Shown in pieces: positions 27,065 through 36,135 of a stretch of DNA of 64,000 nt. The translations under genes and the position numbers were made by a program. The DNA lies in contig JAZQCG010000005.1 in NCBI GenBank assembly GCA_045546155.1, positions 14,770 through 78,769 on the forward strand, given 5' to 3'. Position 1 is the stretch's first letter. The number at the start of each line of letters is the position of its first letter. The notes under the pieces are model-generated. The model saw nothing but the letters and a program-made list of their open reading frames with translations. It searched no databases and had not been told where the DNA came from. The stretch comes from Candidatus Enterousia sp. Its GTDB lineage: Bacteria; Pseudomonadota; Alphaproteobacteria; Rs-D84.

Positions 27065-27958
27065 TTATCTCCTAAATATATGTCTTGAAAGGTCAAAATC
27101 ACGACCACTGATTTCTACTGATGGCAAAGTATTACTCTTCCACTCTTTGGGATTTTCATTTGAACGAACACTATATAACTTTTTCCCAAATGGCGACCCC
27201 TTTGGTTGCCTTTCAACAGACACAATATCATATTTACCAGCCAGTGTATCTTCCACTTCTTGATTTACCCAAGCATAATATTCATCATACTTATATGTAT
27301 CACATATCACCTCTATTCTTAAATTTTCACCAGTATAACCATCACTATCATGATTGGCATTATTGAGTAAAGATACATCGCAAGATATTCTTTTATTTTC
27401 TTCTGGAACATCTTTTGTAAATGAGACAATTCTCTCTTCATACAAAATACTTCCAGACAATTTGTCCGACATCCCCTTTTCGGTGTCAGACGACAAGGTT
27501 TCTTGTATTCTAACCGTATACTCAACAAAACCATCTGGCCAATGACAAATTTCCCATCCGTCTTTGAAACACTTTTTTTCGTCCAATTCTCCCCTTGATA
27601 ACCAATACTCTTCATACCAAGGATTATCTTCATATTTTAATTCACGGCCCATTTTTCCTGCCGCCGTTTTCAAATCTGATAAAAATTTATTTTTATAGTA
27701 TTCGTATGACAACTGCGCCAAATAAGAACGCATCCTTATTAATTTTACTTCATTATTTTCAACAGTATCTTCTAATAACTCGACATATTCTGGGTCTATC
27801 ACTCGCATTTTTTTTACTATATTTTCATAGTCTGACTGCAATTCAATTGCGATGCCCTCAACATCTGCCATCAGCAATTCTTTTTCCATTTGGACATCTT
27901 CTGCCCACACCGGACAGCAAAACATATACAACAAAAACACACACAAACCAAATCGCAT
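27065..27958 (-). CDS. Secreted hypothetical protein
   Basis: Signal peptide MRFGLCVFLLYMFCCPVWA and an acidic, Tyr/Glu-rich mature part. First gene behind leader copy 2 (SD GGAGGGG). Confidence 0.65.
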   Translation of the reverse strand: MRFGLCVFLLYMFCCPVWAEDVQMEKELLMADVEGIAIELQSDYENIVKKMRVIDPEYVELLEDTVENNEVKLIRMRSYLAQLSYEYYKNKFLSDLKTAAGKMGRELKYEDNPWYEEYWLSRGELDEKKCFKDGWEICHWPDGFVEYTVRIQETLSSDTEKGMSDKLSGSILYEERIVSFTKDVPEENKRISCDVSLLNNANHDSDGYTGENLRIEVICDTYKYDEYYAWVNQEVEDTLAGKYDIVSVERQPKGSPFGKKLYSVRSNENPKEWKSNTLPSVEISGRDFDLSRHIFRR

Positions 27959-28197
27959 TCACCCCTCCATTTGCAAAACAAAAACCACTGAATTTTTTTT
28001 CAAGTGGTTGGAGGTTAGAAACTATAAATCGGTATAGCGGGCTTATTTTTATATATCACCACCCTCCAACCCATGGTTGGAGTTTTTTCTACCTGGTTTA
28101 GCCCCAGGCACCGATTTCAAGGGTTTCTACGCCCCCGACACCAGACAAAACATCTGATATCAAACTGTGTTATATCACATTTTGCTTTCTTTATCAA
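27959..28197 (-). promoter_or_regulatory. Structured 5' leader, copy 2, with promoter and intrinsic terminator
   Basis: Promoter TTGATA-17-TATAAC (28197-28169) lies inside the end of the lnt ORF. P1 TAGAAAC/GTTTCTA, P1b AAATCGGT/ACCGATTT, P2 CTCCAACC/GGTTGGAG. Terminator stem 27985-28008. Confidence 0.7.
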
Positions 28198-30202
28198 TCA
28201 CGCACATCGCCAGGGATGACATCGCGGCAAATGCCAATATGATAATAAACCACCAATTCATACCAATTACCCGATATGGTGTCATATGTGCCCCCCATAC
28301 AAACCCATCTATGTGCCCAGATGCCCCAATTGGCATACTATCTATGATTGTGCCATCTGCGCTGATAAACGCGCTTATTCCCGAATAATTCGCACGAATA
28401 ATCGGCAATCCAGATTCGATTGCGTACCGACGCACCATATCCAAATGTTGATATGTCCCTGGTGTTTTTCCGAACCAGTTATCATTTGTAATATTAATAA
28501 TCGCATCCACCACCAAACCTGCATCGCGTGGAACAAGCGAATCGGAAAAAATAATTTCATAGCATATCGCTGGCGCAAAAACAAAGTCACGTCCCGATAT
28601 ATTCAAACTAATTAATTCCGGTCCATCCCCAGGGGCTAAATTTGCCGGACTTGGCAAAATCCCCAGCGGTCGATATTCACCAAATGGCACTAAATGAGAT
28701 TTGCTGTATACGCTTAAAATCCGGCCATTTTCATCCGACACAACCATTGAATTTTGTAATCCTAATGACGGTTTATATGTCGATGCCCCAACAATAACAT
28801 TTGTCCCCAGCGCCACCCCCAGCGGCATATCATCCCCATCAACCAAGACAAATGGATACGTTGTTTCCGGGTAAATGATTAAGTCTGGTCGCACATCCCC
28901 CACCCCCATAAATAATAATTTACCTAAATTCTCTTCGGCATTTTTTATTGCCTGTTCACGACTATGTGTTGCCTTTTGACTTTGTGATAACGCAGGCTGA
29001 ACAATTCGTATTACCTGGGGATTTAATTCAGCCCCAGCATCGGCGCGAATCATATTTTCACGCCCTGCGAACACGCCAACCAATCCCAACACAACAAACA
29101 CCATCAGTGTCGCAATATTCACGCGTTTGCGAAAACGTAACAGTTCCACCACCGCACAAGCAAAACCAACAATAACAAACGTTAACCCCATCGCCCCCCA
29201 TAACGACATTGAATTTGCCAAGACTGGCAATCCCATTGAAATATTAGCAATCGGATTCCATGGAAATCCTGTAAACAGCCATTCACGCAACCATAAAACC
29301 ATCACCCACACAGCTGCAAAGAAAAATGGACGGGCCGCAGTTTTCATGCGTATAGCGCGCAGTATCGCAAACGGCACACCAAATATTATTGCGCCCGCCA
29401 ACCCCAAACCAATGATTCCAGGCACTGTCCAAACGGCATATTGACTGGTTAATTCTGGCACAACATATATTGAATTTAGCACCCACCAAAACATAGATAT
29501 TCCATACATCGCACCAAACGGCGACACACGCAAAAACGCACCCCAAAAACCAACCTTTTTATTTGCGCTGACCGTCAACCAATACGCACCCATAAAACAC
29601 AAAATTGTCAACCACCACATATTAAATGGTGCAAAGCCAAACGCCGCAAACGCACCAAATACTGCGTATAGCGCATATTGCCAAAACGAATCTTCACGTA
29701 TTTTAAATTTATTTACAAACGACATCAACCGTGCACCCGGACACGCGCACACACAACTACACGAATCACAGCTATCTGAATCATACGGATTTTTTATTCC
29801 CAACTTCGCTAATATTTTTATTTCTTGTGATTCCATTTTTTTCGCCTGTTTATCGTCCAGATGGTCATACCCCAATAAATGCAGCACACCATGCACAACC
29901 ATATGCGCTGTATGTCCTGCAACAGATATATTTGCATCCTTTGCTTCACGTACAACTGTATCCAACGATATATAAATATCCCCCAACAAAACATCGTCAC
30001 CCAATTCAAAAGACAATACATTTGTTGGTGCATCCTTGCCACGCCAATCACGATTCAATGCATGAATTTCCGCATCATCGGTTAATATAATTGAAACCTC
30101 TGATTCTTTGTGTGCGGGAAAATTCTGCGCACACACGATTTTTTCAAAATCAATTTTGTATTTTTTCCAGCGTTTATCGTGTATATCAACAAAGACCTTC
30201 AT
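28175..30202 (-). CDS. ybeY-lnt: Fusion protein: endoribonuclease YbeY (aa 1-140) plus apolipoprotein N-acyltransferase Lnt (aa 160-675)
   Basis: A single uninterrupted ORF. The YbeY motif HGVLHLLGYDH is followed by its normal end ...GIKNPY. A 19-aa Cys-rich linker DSDSCDSCSCVCACPGARL follows, then a complete Lnt starting MSFVNK (ATG 29725) with E (YPETT), K (YSKSHLVPFGEY) and C (ICYE) catalytic residues. Confidence 0.8.
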   Translation of the reverse strand: MKVFVDIHDKRWKKYKIDFEKIVCAQNFPAHKESEVSIILTDDAEIHALNRDWRGKDAPTNVLSFELGDDVLLGDIYISLDTVVREAKDANISVAGHTAHMVVHGVLHLLGYDHLDDKQAKKMESQEIKILAKLGIKNPYDSDSCDSCSCVCACPGARLMSFVNKFKIREDSFWQYALYAVFGAFAAFGFAPFNMWWLTILCFMGAYWLTVSANKKVGFWGAFLRVSPFGAMYGISMFWWVLNSIYVVPELTSQYAVWTVPGIIGLGLAGAIIFGVPFAILRAIRMKTAARPFFFAAVWVMVLWLREWLFTGFPWNPIANISMGLPVLANSMSLWGAMGLTFVIVGFACAVVELLRFRKRVNIATLMVFVVLGLVGVFAGRENMIRADAGAELNPQVIRIVQPALSQSQKATHSREQAIKNAEENLGKLLFMGVGDVRPDLIIYPETTYPFVLVDGDDMPLGVALGTNVIVGASTYKPSLGLQNSMVVSDENGRILSVYSKSHLVPFGEYRPLGILPSPANLAPGDGPELISLNISGRDFVFAPAICYEIIFSDSLVPRDAGLVVDAIINITNDNWFGKTPGTYQHLDMVRRYAIESGLPIIRANYSGISAFISADGTIIDSMPIGASGHIDGFVWGAHMTPYRVIGMNWWFIIILAFAAMSSLAMCVIDKESKM

Positions 30203-30225
30203 ATTTCGCCTGCCTTTAAAACTAC

Positions 30226-32148
30226 TTATGCCATTTTTCTTTCTTCGCCATAAATCAAAACATCGTGAATTGCGTTTTGTTTGCGTATTTGTTTTATGCC
30301 ACTTTTGTATGCAGTCCGTCTTGCACCAGCCGAACGCATTTTTTCACTCAAACGTTTTTCAAAATTTTCATATGATTGCCCCGAATTACGTTTAGCAAGA
30401 TCAATATTTTCTTTGGCTTTGGCATAATGTTCTTGTTTTTCGGCATTATTACTTGCAGTATCACCTAATTTTTCACGACATAACGCCGCATTATAATATG
30501 TATACGCCTTAATACTATTCGGCATACCAGCAAACAAATCCGAACGTATCAATCCTTGAACAACTTCCAATCCCTGCTTATATTCTTGATTTTTGTAATA
30601 CGCAATAGACAAATTGCTATACACAATATAATTCTTTGGATCTTCTTCCAGCGCATCTTTAAACTTTTCTATTGCCCGATCATATTTTTCTTCAAAGAAT
30701 AAATTTTCGCCTTCTTCATTTAGTTTTTCAGACGCGCTCATTTCCACGACCTGCTCTGCCTGTGTATTTTCTATATCAGCGAAATCAACAACATCACTGC
30801 GGAATAATTTACCACTTCTTATGGTACGAACTTCATAATCCGTCATGTATGTTTTCACAGGCTTTTGTACAGTTCCCCTTGTTTCTCTATTTTGCTCTTT
30901 TTGCAACAGTTCATTTATATTATCCAGGTGAACCATCCCCTTAGCCTTTGATTTTCTATTTTGTGACTCATAAATCAACAAGCGTCCCCGCTCCATTGTT
31001 TGCGAATCAAAAACAGACAAATATTCACTATCTTGTTTCAAGACACTTTCTAGTGTGTATGGGGCTTCACTAATGGCATCTAAAATTGCATCATCGGATA
31101 TTTCCCCCAACATATACAGCGCACACACAGCATACTTATTTGGCATCCCACCCCATTGCGTACCGCGAATCTTGCCCAATTGTTTAACCAATAAATTTGC
31201 GATTTCTTTGGTACTTTTACCATTATTTACTGCGTCACGCACTGGCGCCCCAGAATTACCATTTGCAAAAGTATTTTCCCCCGCATTATATGCCGCCACG
31301 ACCAACGAAATAAACGTACGGGCTGGCATTTTTGCTGTGAACTGTCGTTTCATTTTCGGATATATTTCTTGACGACACCATGCTTCTGTTAACTTTTTTG
31401 TTTCATCAACAGAAATCGTTGAACCATTTCCAACCGAGCGTCCCAAAATTTGTTTTGCAAAATTTCTGTGTTTGGCATCAGCAATTGTAAAGCCTGCACC
31501 AAACGTCAATGTTCCACTTGTCCCATTATCATAATACGCAGTTTCAATGTATCCTTCGGTTAAAAACATATGCGCCACCACATATGGTGTAATAGCATCC
31601 ATTTGTTTTTCCCACTCTTCATCATCAAGCGATGGATCAATCATCAAGTTTTCCAGCTTATTTTCCCCCGTCAAATCTGCAACCCACTCTTTGACAGCAC
31701 CTTTTACCTTTCCCACGGATTCCTTAATTACAGAATCTTCCTGGGATAAATCAACCCCCGCAAGGGTTGCTGCAATCGCTATATAATAAGCAATATGTCC
31801 AACGAAATTCGGATTCTTTTTAACAAACTTACGCCACTGTCTTTCCTTGCCTTCTCTGTCGGTCTTTTTAATTTTTGCGAACAGTTCTTCTAATTTACGC
31901 GTTAAATGATTATCTAAGGTTATATATTTAGTTGTCCATAACAAGGCTATGGCCAATCCTGATGCGACCAGACCACCAACACGCGCACCCTTTTTAATTT
32001 TCTTAACAGGAATTTTTATCTGTGTTTCACCAATATTGATAATTTTATCAGGGGTATTTTCTGGAATTTTTTTATCCCGCAATTTACGTCCCGCACGACG
32101 CACGACTTCTATTGGTGCATTTACAATCTTTTCAAATTTTTTTGACAT
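30226..32148 (-). CDS. Membrane-anchored GH24 lysozyme-like domain protein with C-terminal TPR repeats
   Basis: Two TM helices. TEGYIETAYYDNGTSGTLTFGAGFT fits the T4/lambda-type lysozyme EG-x5-Y-x-D-x2-G...T-x-G-x-G motif. The C-terminus has TPR-like repeats (YDRAIEKFKDALEEDPKNYIVYSNLSIAYYKNQEYKQGLE...). Confidence 0.65.
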   Translation of the reverse strand: MSKKFEKIVNAPIEVVRRAGRKLRDKKIPENTPDKIINIGETQIKIPVKKIKKGARVGGLVASGLAIALLWTTKYITLDNHLTRKLEELFAKIKKTDREGKERQWRKFVKKNPNFVGHIAYYIAIAATLAGVDLSQEDSVIKESVGKVKGAVKEWVADLTGENKLENLMIDPSLDDEEWEKQMDAITPYVVAHMFLTEGYIETAYYDNGTSGTLTFGAGFTIADAKHRNFAKQILGRSVGNGSTISVDETKKLTEAWCRQEIYPKMKRQFTAKMPARTFISLVVAAYNAGENTFANGNSGAPVRDAVNNGKSTKEIANLLVKQLGKIRGTQWGGMPNKYAVCALYMLGEISDDAILDAISEAPYTLESVLKQDSEYLSVFDSQTMERGRLLIYESQNRKSKAKGMVHLDNINELLQKEQNRETRGTVQKPVKTYMTDYEVRTIRSGKLFRSDVVDFADIENTQAEQVVEMSASEKLNEEGENLFFEEKYDRAIEKFKDALEEDPKNYIVYSNLSIAYYKNQEYKQGLEVVQGLIRSDLFAGMPNSIKAYTYYNAALCREKLGDTASNNAEKQEHYAKAKENIDLAKRNSGQSYENFEKRLSEKMRSAGARRTAYKSGIKQIRKQNAIHDVLIYGEERKMA

Positions 32149-32149
32149 T

Positions 32150-32512
32150 TTACTTCTTCCCTAATCCTGTTTTCTTTGCGATTTTTGAACGTTTACGTGA
32201 ATATGCTGGTGCGACAAATGGATAATCCACCGGCAACCCCCATTTTGTCCGATATTGTTCAGGTGTCATATTAAATCTTCGCTTAACATAGCGTCGCAGC
32301 ATAACGTGCCACGTGCCGTCTTCTAAACACTGAATCTTATCAGGCTGAATTGAATCTTCGATTTGTTGCGGTGTAACAGATGCCCCGCGTAAAATTTCAC
32401 GTGCCTGATTTACAGCGGTTTCCATATCCAAGTCCGGATTAGCCGCCATCGCCGCCGCCGCCAGGTTTGCCACCGCCAACGCAAATTCAGAACTTTTATT
32501 TACATTTACCAA
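32150..32512 (-). CDS. MucR/Ros-family transcriptional regulator with degenerate zinc site
   Basis: IQCLEDGTWHVMLRRYVKRRFNMTPEQYRTKWGLPVDYPFVAPAYS aligns with Ros [46 protein letters not shown]. Three of the four Zn ligands are replaced. Confidence 0.8.
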   Translation of the reverse strand: MVNVNKSSEFALAVANLAAAAMAANPDLDMETAVNQAREILRGASVTPQQIEDSIQPDKIQCLEDGTWHVMLRRYVKRRFNMTPEQYRTKWGLPVDYPFVAPAYSRKRSKIAKKTGLGKK

Positions 32513-32584
32513 TTGCCAACCCCTGTGTTTTTTAATAGAATAATTATACCATAAATAAAGACCAAATAAAAGCGAAGTAAAACC

Positions 32585-33853
32585 ATGACTCGACCACTGG
32601 CTGATTTAATGCGCCCTAATACAATCGCGGATGTTGTTGGACAAACAACATTGCTGGGTGAAAACGGTTTGGTTCGTCGTATGGTCGATAATAAAAAATT
32701 ATCAAATTTAATTTTATGGGGGCCACCGGGATGCGGAAAAACAACAATCGCACGCGCATTGGCAAATTCGGTTGATATGGATTTTGTACCAATGTCTGCG
32801 GTATTTTCTGGCACAGCAGATATAAAAAAGGCAATGGATGCCGCACGTATGAATCGTGACATTGGTCGCAACACATTGCTGTTTATTGATGAAATTCATC
32901 GATTTAACAAGACCCAGCAAGATACCCTACTGCCCTATCTCGAAGATGGTACGGTTGTATTCATGGGCGCAACCACCGAAAACCCCAGTTTTAATTTGAA
33001 TAACGCATTACTGTCACGTTGCCATGTTGGGGTCTTGCAACCATTGGCCACCGAAGATTTATTGACCCTAATAAATCGCGCCGAAGAATTTTTAGAAAAA
33101 AAATTACCACTGGACGAAAACGCACGAACGCACCTGGCCCAGATGGCGGATGGCGATGCACGCTTTTTATTAAACACGGTTGAATATTTAATTAGCGCAA
33201 ATTTTAAGCACGATTTAACACCCGATGAATTGGATAGCGCGGTGCAAAAACGCGCACCACTGTCTGATAAAAGTGGCGACGAACATTACAACCTGATATC
33301 GGCGGTGCATAAATCCCTGCGGGCCAGTGATACGGATGCCGCACTGTATTGGACGGCGCGCATGATGACATCCGGCCAAGATCCAATGTACATATTCCGG
33401 CGCCTGACCCGATTTGCAGTCGAAGATGTTGGCCTGGCCGATCCAAATGCATTGCAAATGGCGATTGCCGCCTGGTCTGCATACGAAAGATTAGGCAGTC
33501 CAGAGGGGGACTTGGCCCTAACGCAATTGGTAATTTATTTAGGGACCGCCCCAAAAAGTGTTGGCAATTACAAAGCGCAAAAGGCGGCATACGCCGTGGC
33601 CCGTGAAACAGGTTCACTAATGCCACCAAAGAACATTTTAAACGCGCCAACAAAAATGATGAAGAACCTGGGCTATAACGCGGGATACATCTATGACCCC
33701 GATACTGCAAATGGTTTCAGTGGTCAAAATTGTTTCCCGGAATCGCTGGGCCGACAAAAATTTTATCATCCCGTTGAACGCGGCTTCGAACGCGAGATTA
33801 AAAAGCGTTTGGATTATTGGGAATCTTTACGCAATAAAATAAATGAAGATTAA
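32585..33853 (+). CDS. rarA: Replication-associated recombination protein RarA/MgsA (AAA+ ATPase)
   Basis: Walker A GPPGCGKTT, Walker B FIDEIHRFNK and C-terminal MgsA domain motifs (YWTARM, YIFRRL). Confidence 0.92.
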   Translation: MTRPLADLMRPNTIADVVGQTTLLGENGLVRRMVDNKKLSNLILWGPPGCGKTTIARALANSVDMDFVPMSAVFSGTADIKKAMDAARMNRDIGRNTLLFIDEIHRFNKTQQDTLLPYLEDGTVVFMGATTENPSFNLNNALLSRCHVGVLQPLATEDLLTLINRAEEFLEKKLPLDENARTHLAQMADGDARFLLNTVEYLISANFKHDLTPDELDSAVQKRAPLSDKSGDEHYNLISAVHKSLRASDTDAALYWTARMMTSGQDPMYIFRRLTRFAVEDVGLADPNALQMAIAAWSAYERLGSPEGDLALTQLVIYLGTAPKSVGNYKAQKAAYAVARETGSLMPPKNILNAPTKMMKNLGYNAGYIYDPDTANGFSGQNCFPESLGRQKFYHPVERGFEREIKKRLDYWESLRNKINED

Positions 33854-33874
33854 TTAGCTAAATAATAGTATCCA

Positions 33875-33933
33875 ACACTAACCACCAGCCACTTACACTA
33901 ACCACTAAAAATCCCCCATCCGGGGGATTTTTT
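33875..33933. repeat. Stop/terminator cassette R1
   Basis: CACTAACCACCAGCCACTTACACTAACCACTAAAAA plus hairpin TCCCCC-atc-CGGGGGA plus T-run. The stop codon of the OMP gene at 33932 lies in the tract. Confidence 0.75.
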
Positions 33934-34633
33934 AAAACAGTATATTTACGCGCGCCCCAATCTGCACATCATCACCTTCAAACTCATAGTCAACATGCCC
34001 GATATATTGCGTACGACCGAATTGACGAACAACCTTCATCCCAACCCACTCTTGATTAAATGATGGTTTGGTGGCCTTGCGAATTGTTGCATCAATTCCC
34101 AAACGCCAATCGGCATCCAGTCTAAAATAAGCCTGGGGGGTAAAATCAATATAAGACATCCCAAGTTCATCATCAAATATCCAGTTTGACTGAATTGTCG
34201 CCGCTAATGTCAGTCCCGCCCATTGACGTCCAAAACGCCAACCAGCATAATATGTTGAATCTGCGTAATCGGGGGTACGAACCTTGCGACTGCCCCCGAA
34301 TTTGAATCCAAATATAACATCTGAAATAAACGTATCAGACGTACCCGCACGATACACGCCGCCTAAATCAGTGCTGGAAAAACCATCATTGTCACCACCA
34401 AATTCATTTTGATAATGCACACTGGCCGACAATACAAGACGGTCATTTAATCCATACGATAATTTTTCACCAAAACGCAAAATATCATGTCCCAAAGATA
34501 CAGTTGATTCAGACAAAATCTCTTCTGCACGCGGCATATACAGTGGATCTGAGGTATCAAATTCCACGACATTTGCATTTGCCGTTCCAAACATCAAAAC
34601 ACCACCTAAAAACGCTGATAAAATTTTTCGCAT
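33932..34633 (-). CDS. Outer-membrane beta-barrel protein
   Basis: Signal peptide, alternating strands and C-terminal ...RVNILF. Confidence 0.7.
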   Translation of the reverse strand: MRKILSAFLGGVLMFGTANANVVEFDTSDPLYMPRAEEILSESTVSLGHDILRFGEKLSYGLNDRLVLSASVHYQNEFGGDNDGFSSTDLGGVYRAGTSDTFISDVIFGFKFGGSRKVRTPDYADSTYYAGWRFGRQWAGLTLAATIQSNWIFDDELGMSYIDFTPQAYFRLDADWRLGIDATIRKATKPSFNQEWVGMKVVRQFGRTQYIGHVDYEFEGDDVQIGARVNILF

Positions 34634-34704
34634 GATTATAATCCTCTCTCCGATTTAAGATAATATACCGCCCCCATTATGGGGACGGTTATACACGACT
34701 TTGC

Positions 34705-35913
34705 TTAGAAGTGGAATATCGCCTGAACCCCCAGGGACATTTCACTTGGTTTATCAATCTTAGATTCGCCATACTGTGTCAGCCCTGTATTTTCCAATGG
34801 GCTATACATATATGTCTTTAAATCTTTGCCATCGGCACTGTCATAGATTGATGATTTAGCATACAAATTCAATGCAAACCAATCGTTTGGCTGCCACCCC
34901 AGGGCCGCCTTAACCGATGCCTGGTTATGCCATCCATAATTACCAAAGATACCCTCAACATTTAATGTCCAATCCTGGTTCAATACGCTGAATACACCCA
35001 AACCACCTTCGACATAGAACATATCTTTTACATCGGTATCATACGCGATATAGAACGCACCACCATTTGATTCTTCGACGATTGCGCCATATGAATTTTC
35101 ATCCAAGTCCAGATACCATCCGCGCACTAAACCATAGATTGTAGAACGTGAAACCTTGTACCCGGCTTTTAAATCCAATGTCACATTATTAGAGAAATCT
35201 TTTTGATGCTGATAAAATGCCATTGCCGTTGCAATCCATTTTTCATTATCAATCATGCGCCACTGACCACCAATACCAAACACGCTCAAACTACTGTCAT
35301 CCATCTTGCTGTCTGCATCGGTATTATCAAAATCAAATTTATAATCTGCCATGTCATACTTTGCCATTGCAACCAACGCGACGCGATCGGTAATACCATA
35401 GCTAAAATCTTCTTTGATTGAAAATGTTTCAGATTTCCATTTTCCACCTTGTTCTTCGAAATACAGACTTGGCAAATCAAAATCGAAAGAATTCTGATTA
35501 TATGAAAAATCCGTTATTGAACCAAAGTTTCCACCCAATGGCTGGAAAAACGGATGTGCCAAATAATATTTACGATTTAATTTATTTACAATTTTTTCAG
35601 CGCGCGTTGTACGTACCGTTGTTTTCGTAGCATTCGCCGAAGACGATTTTGCCGCATCATATTGTTTGTACAGGTCACTGCGTTTTGTTGGGGTCGAATA
35701 ATATAAATCCCCACCATCAGACTGTTTATACGTACGTGTTGTTGTACGTGTCTGATATTTTTTATAGTTCACATTTTCACGTGTACGCGTGGCGGGTGCG
35801 CCTGTTAAATCTGCACTGGATGCACCACGTACACCAAAATTAGTTGCGGCATCCGCGGTCCCAATACCAAACGCAGCCACTAAAACTGCAAAACAAGATA
35901 AAACCTTATTCAT
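34705..35913 (-). CDS. Outer-membrane porin-like beta-barrel protein
   Basis: Start chosen at MNKVLSCFAVLVAAFGIGTADA (SD AAGGAG). C-terminal ...GVQAIFHF. Terminator-like hairpin CCGCCCCCAT-ta-TGGGGACGG downstream. Confidence 0.75.
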   Translation of the reverse strand: MNKVLSCFAVLVAAFGIGTADAATNFGVRGASSADLTGAPATRTRENVNYKKYQTRTTTRTYKQSDGGDLYYSTPTKRSDLYKQYDAAKSSSANATKTTVRTTRAEKIVNKLNRKYYLAHPFFQPLGGNFGSITDFSYNQNSFDFDLPSLYFEEQGGKWKSETFSIKEDFSYGITDRVALVAMAKYDMADYKFDFDNTDADSKMDDSSLSVFGIGGQWRMIDNEKWIATAMAFYQHQKDFSNNVTLDLKAGYKVSRSTIYGLVRGWYLDLDENSYGAIVEESNGGAFYIAYDTDVKDMFYVEGGLGVFSVLNQDWTLNVEGIFGNYGWHNQASVKAALGWQPNDWFALNLYAKSSIYDSADGKDLKTYMYSPLENTGLTQYGESKIDKPSEMSLGVQAIFHF

Positions 35914-36010
35914 TATATAACTCCTTTTGCCATAAATTATACCACAAAAGCACAAAACAACCAAGTCCTTTTAAAGTAATTATATACCTTGATAAATAAA
36001 AGTTTATCTT

Positions 36011-36135
36011 AGTGATTAGTGGTAAGTGTAAGTGGAGAGTAGAAGCACTATGATGTGCGGCGTCCGCCGCACCCCGACACTAACCACTAGCCACTTACAC
36101 TAATCACTAAAAAAATCCCGCGTTTCGCGGGATTT
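36011..36135. repeat. Stop/terminator cassette R2 with an inverted partial copy
   Basis: 36076-36135 reads GACACTAACCACTAGCCACTTACACTAATCACTAAAAAAATCCCGCG-tttc-GCGGGATTTTT. 36011-36035 (AGTGATTAGTGGTAAGTGTAAGTGG) is the same motif inverted. Central hairpin GTGCGGCG-tc-CGCCGCAC. Confidence 0.75.

Noticed and set aside
27595-28101. 168-aa plus-strand ORF
   Set aside because: It is antisense to the 27065-27958 gene and runs through leader copy 2. It has a shadow-frame composition.
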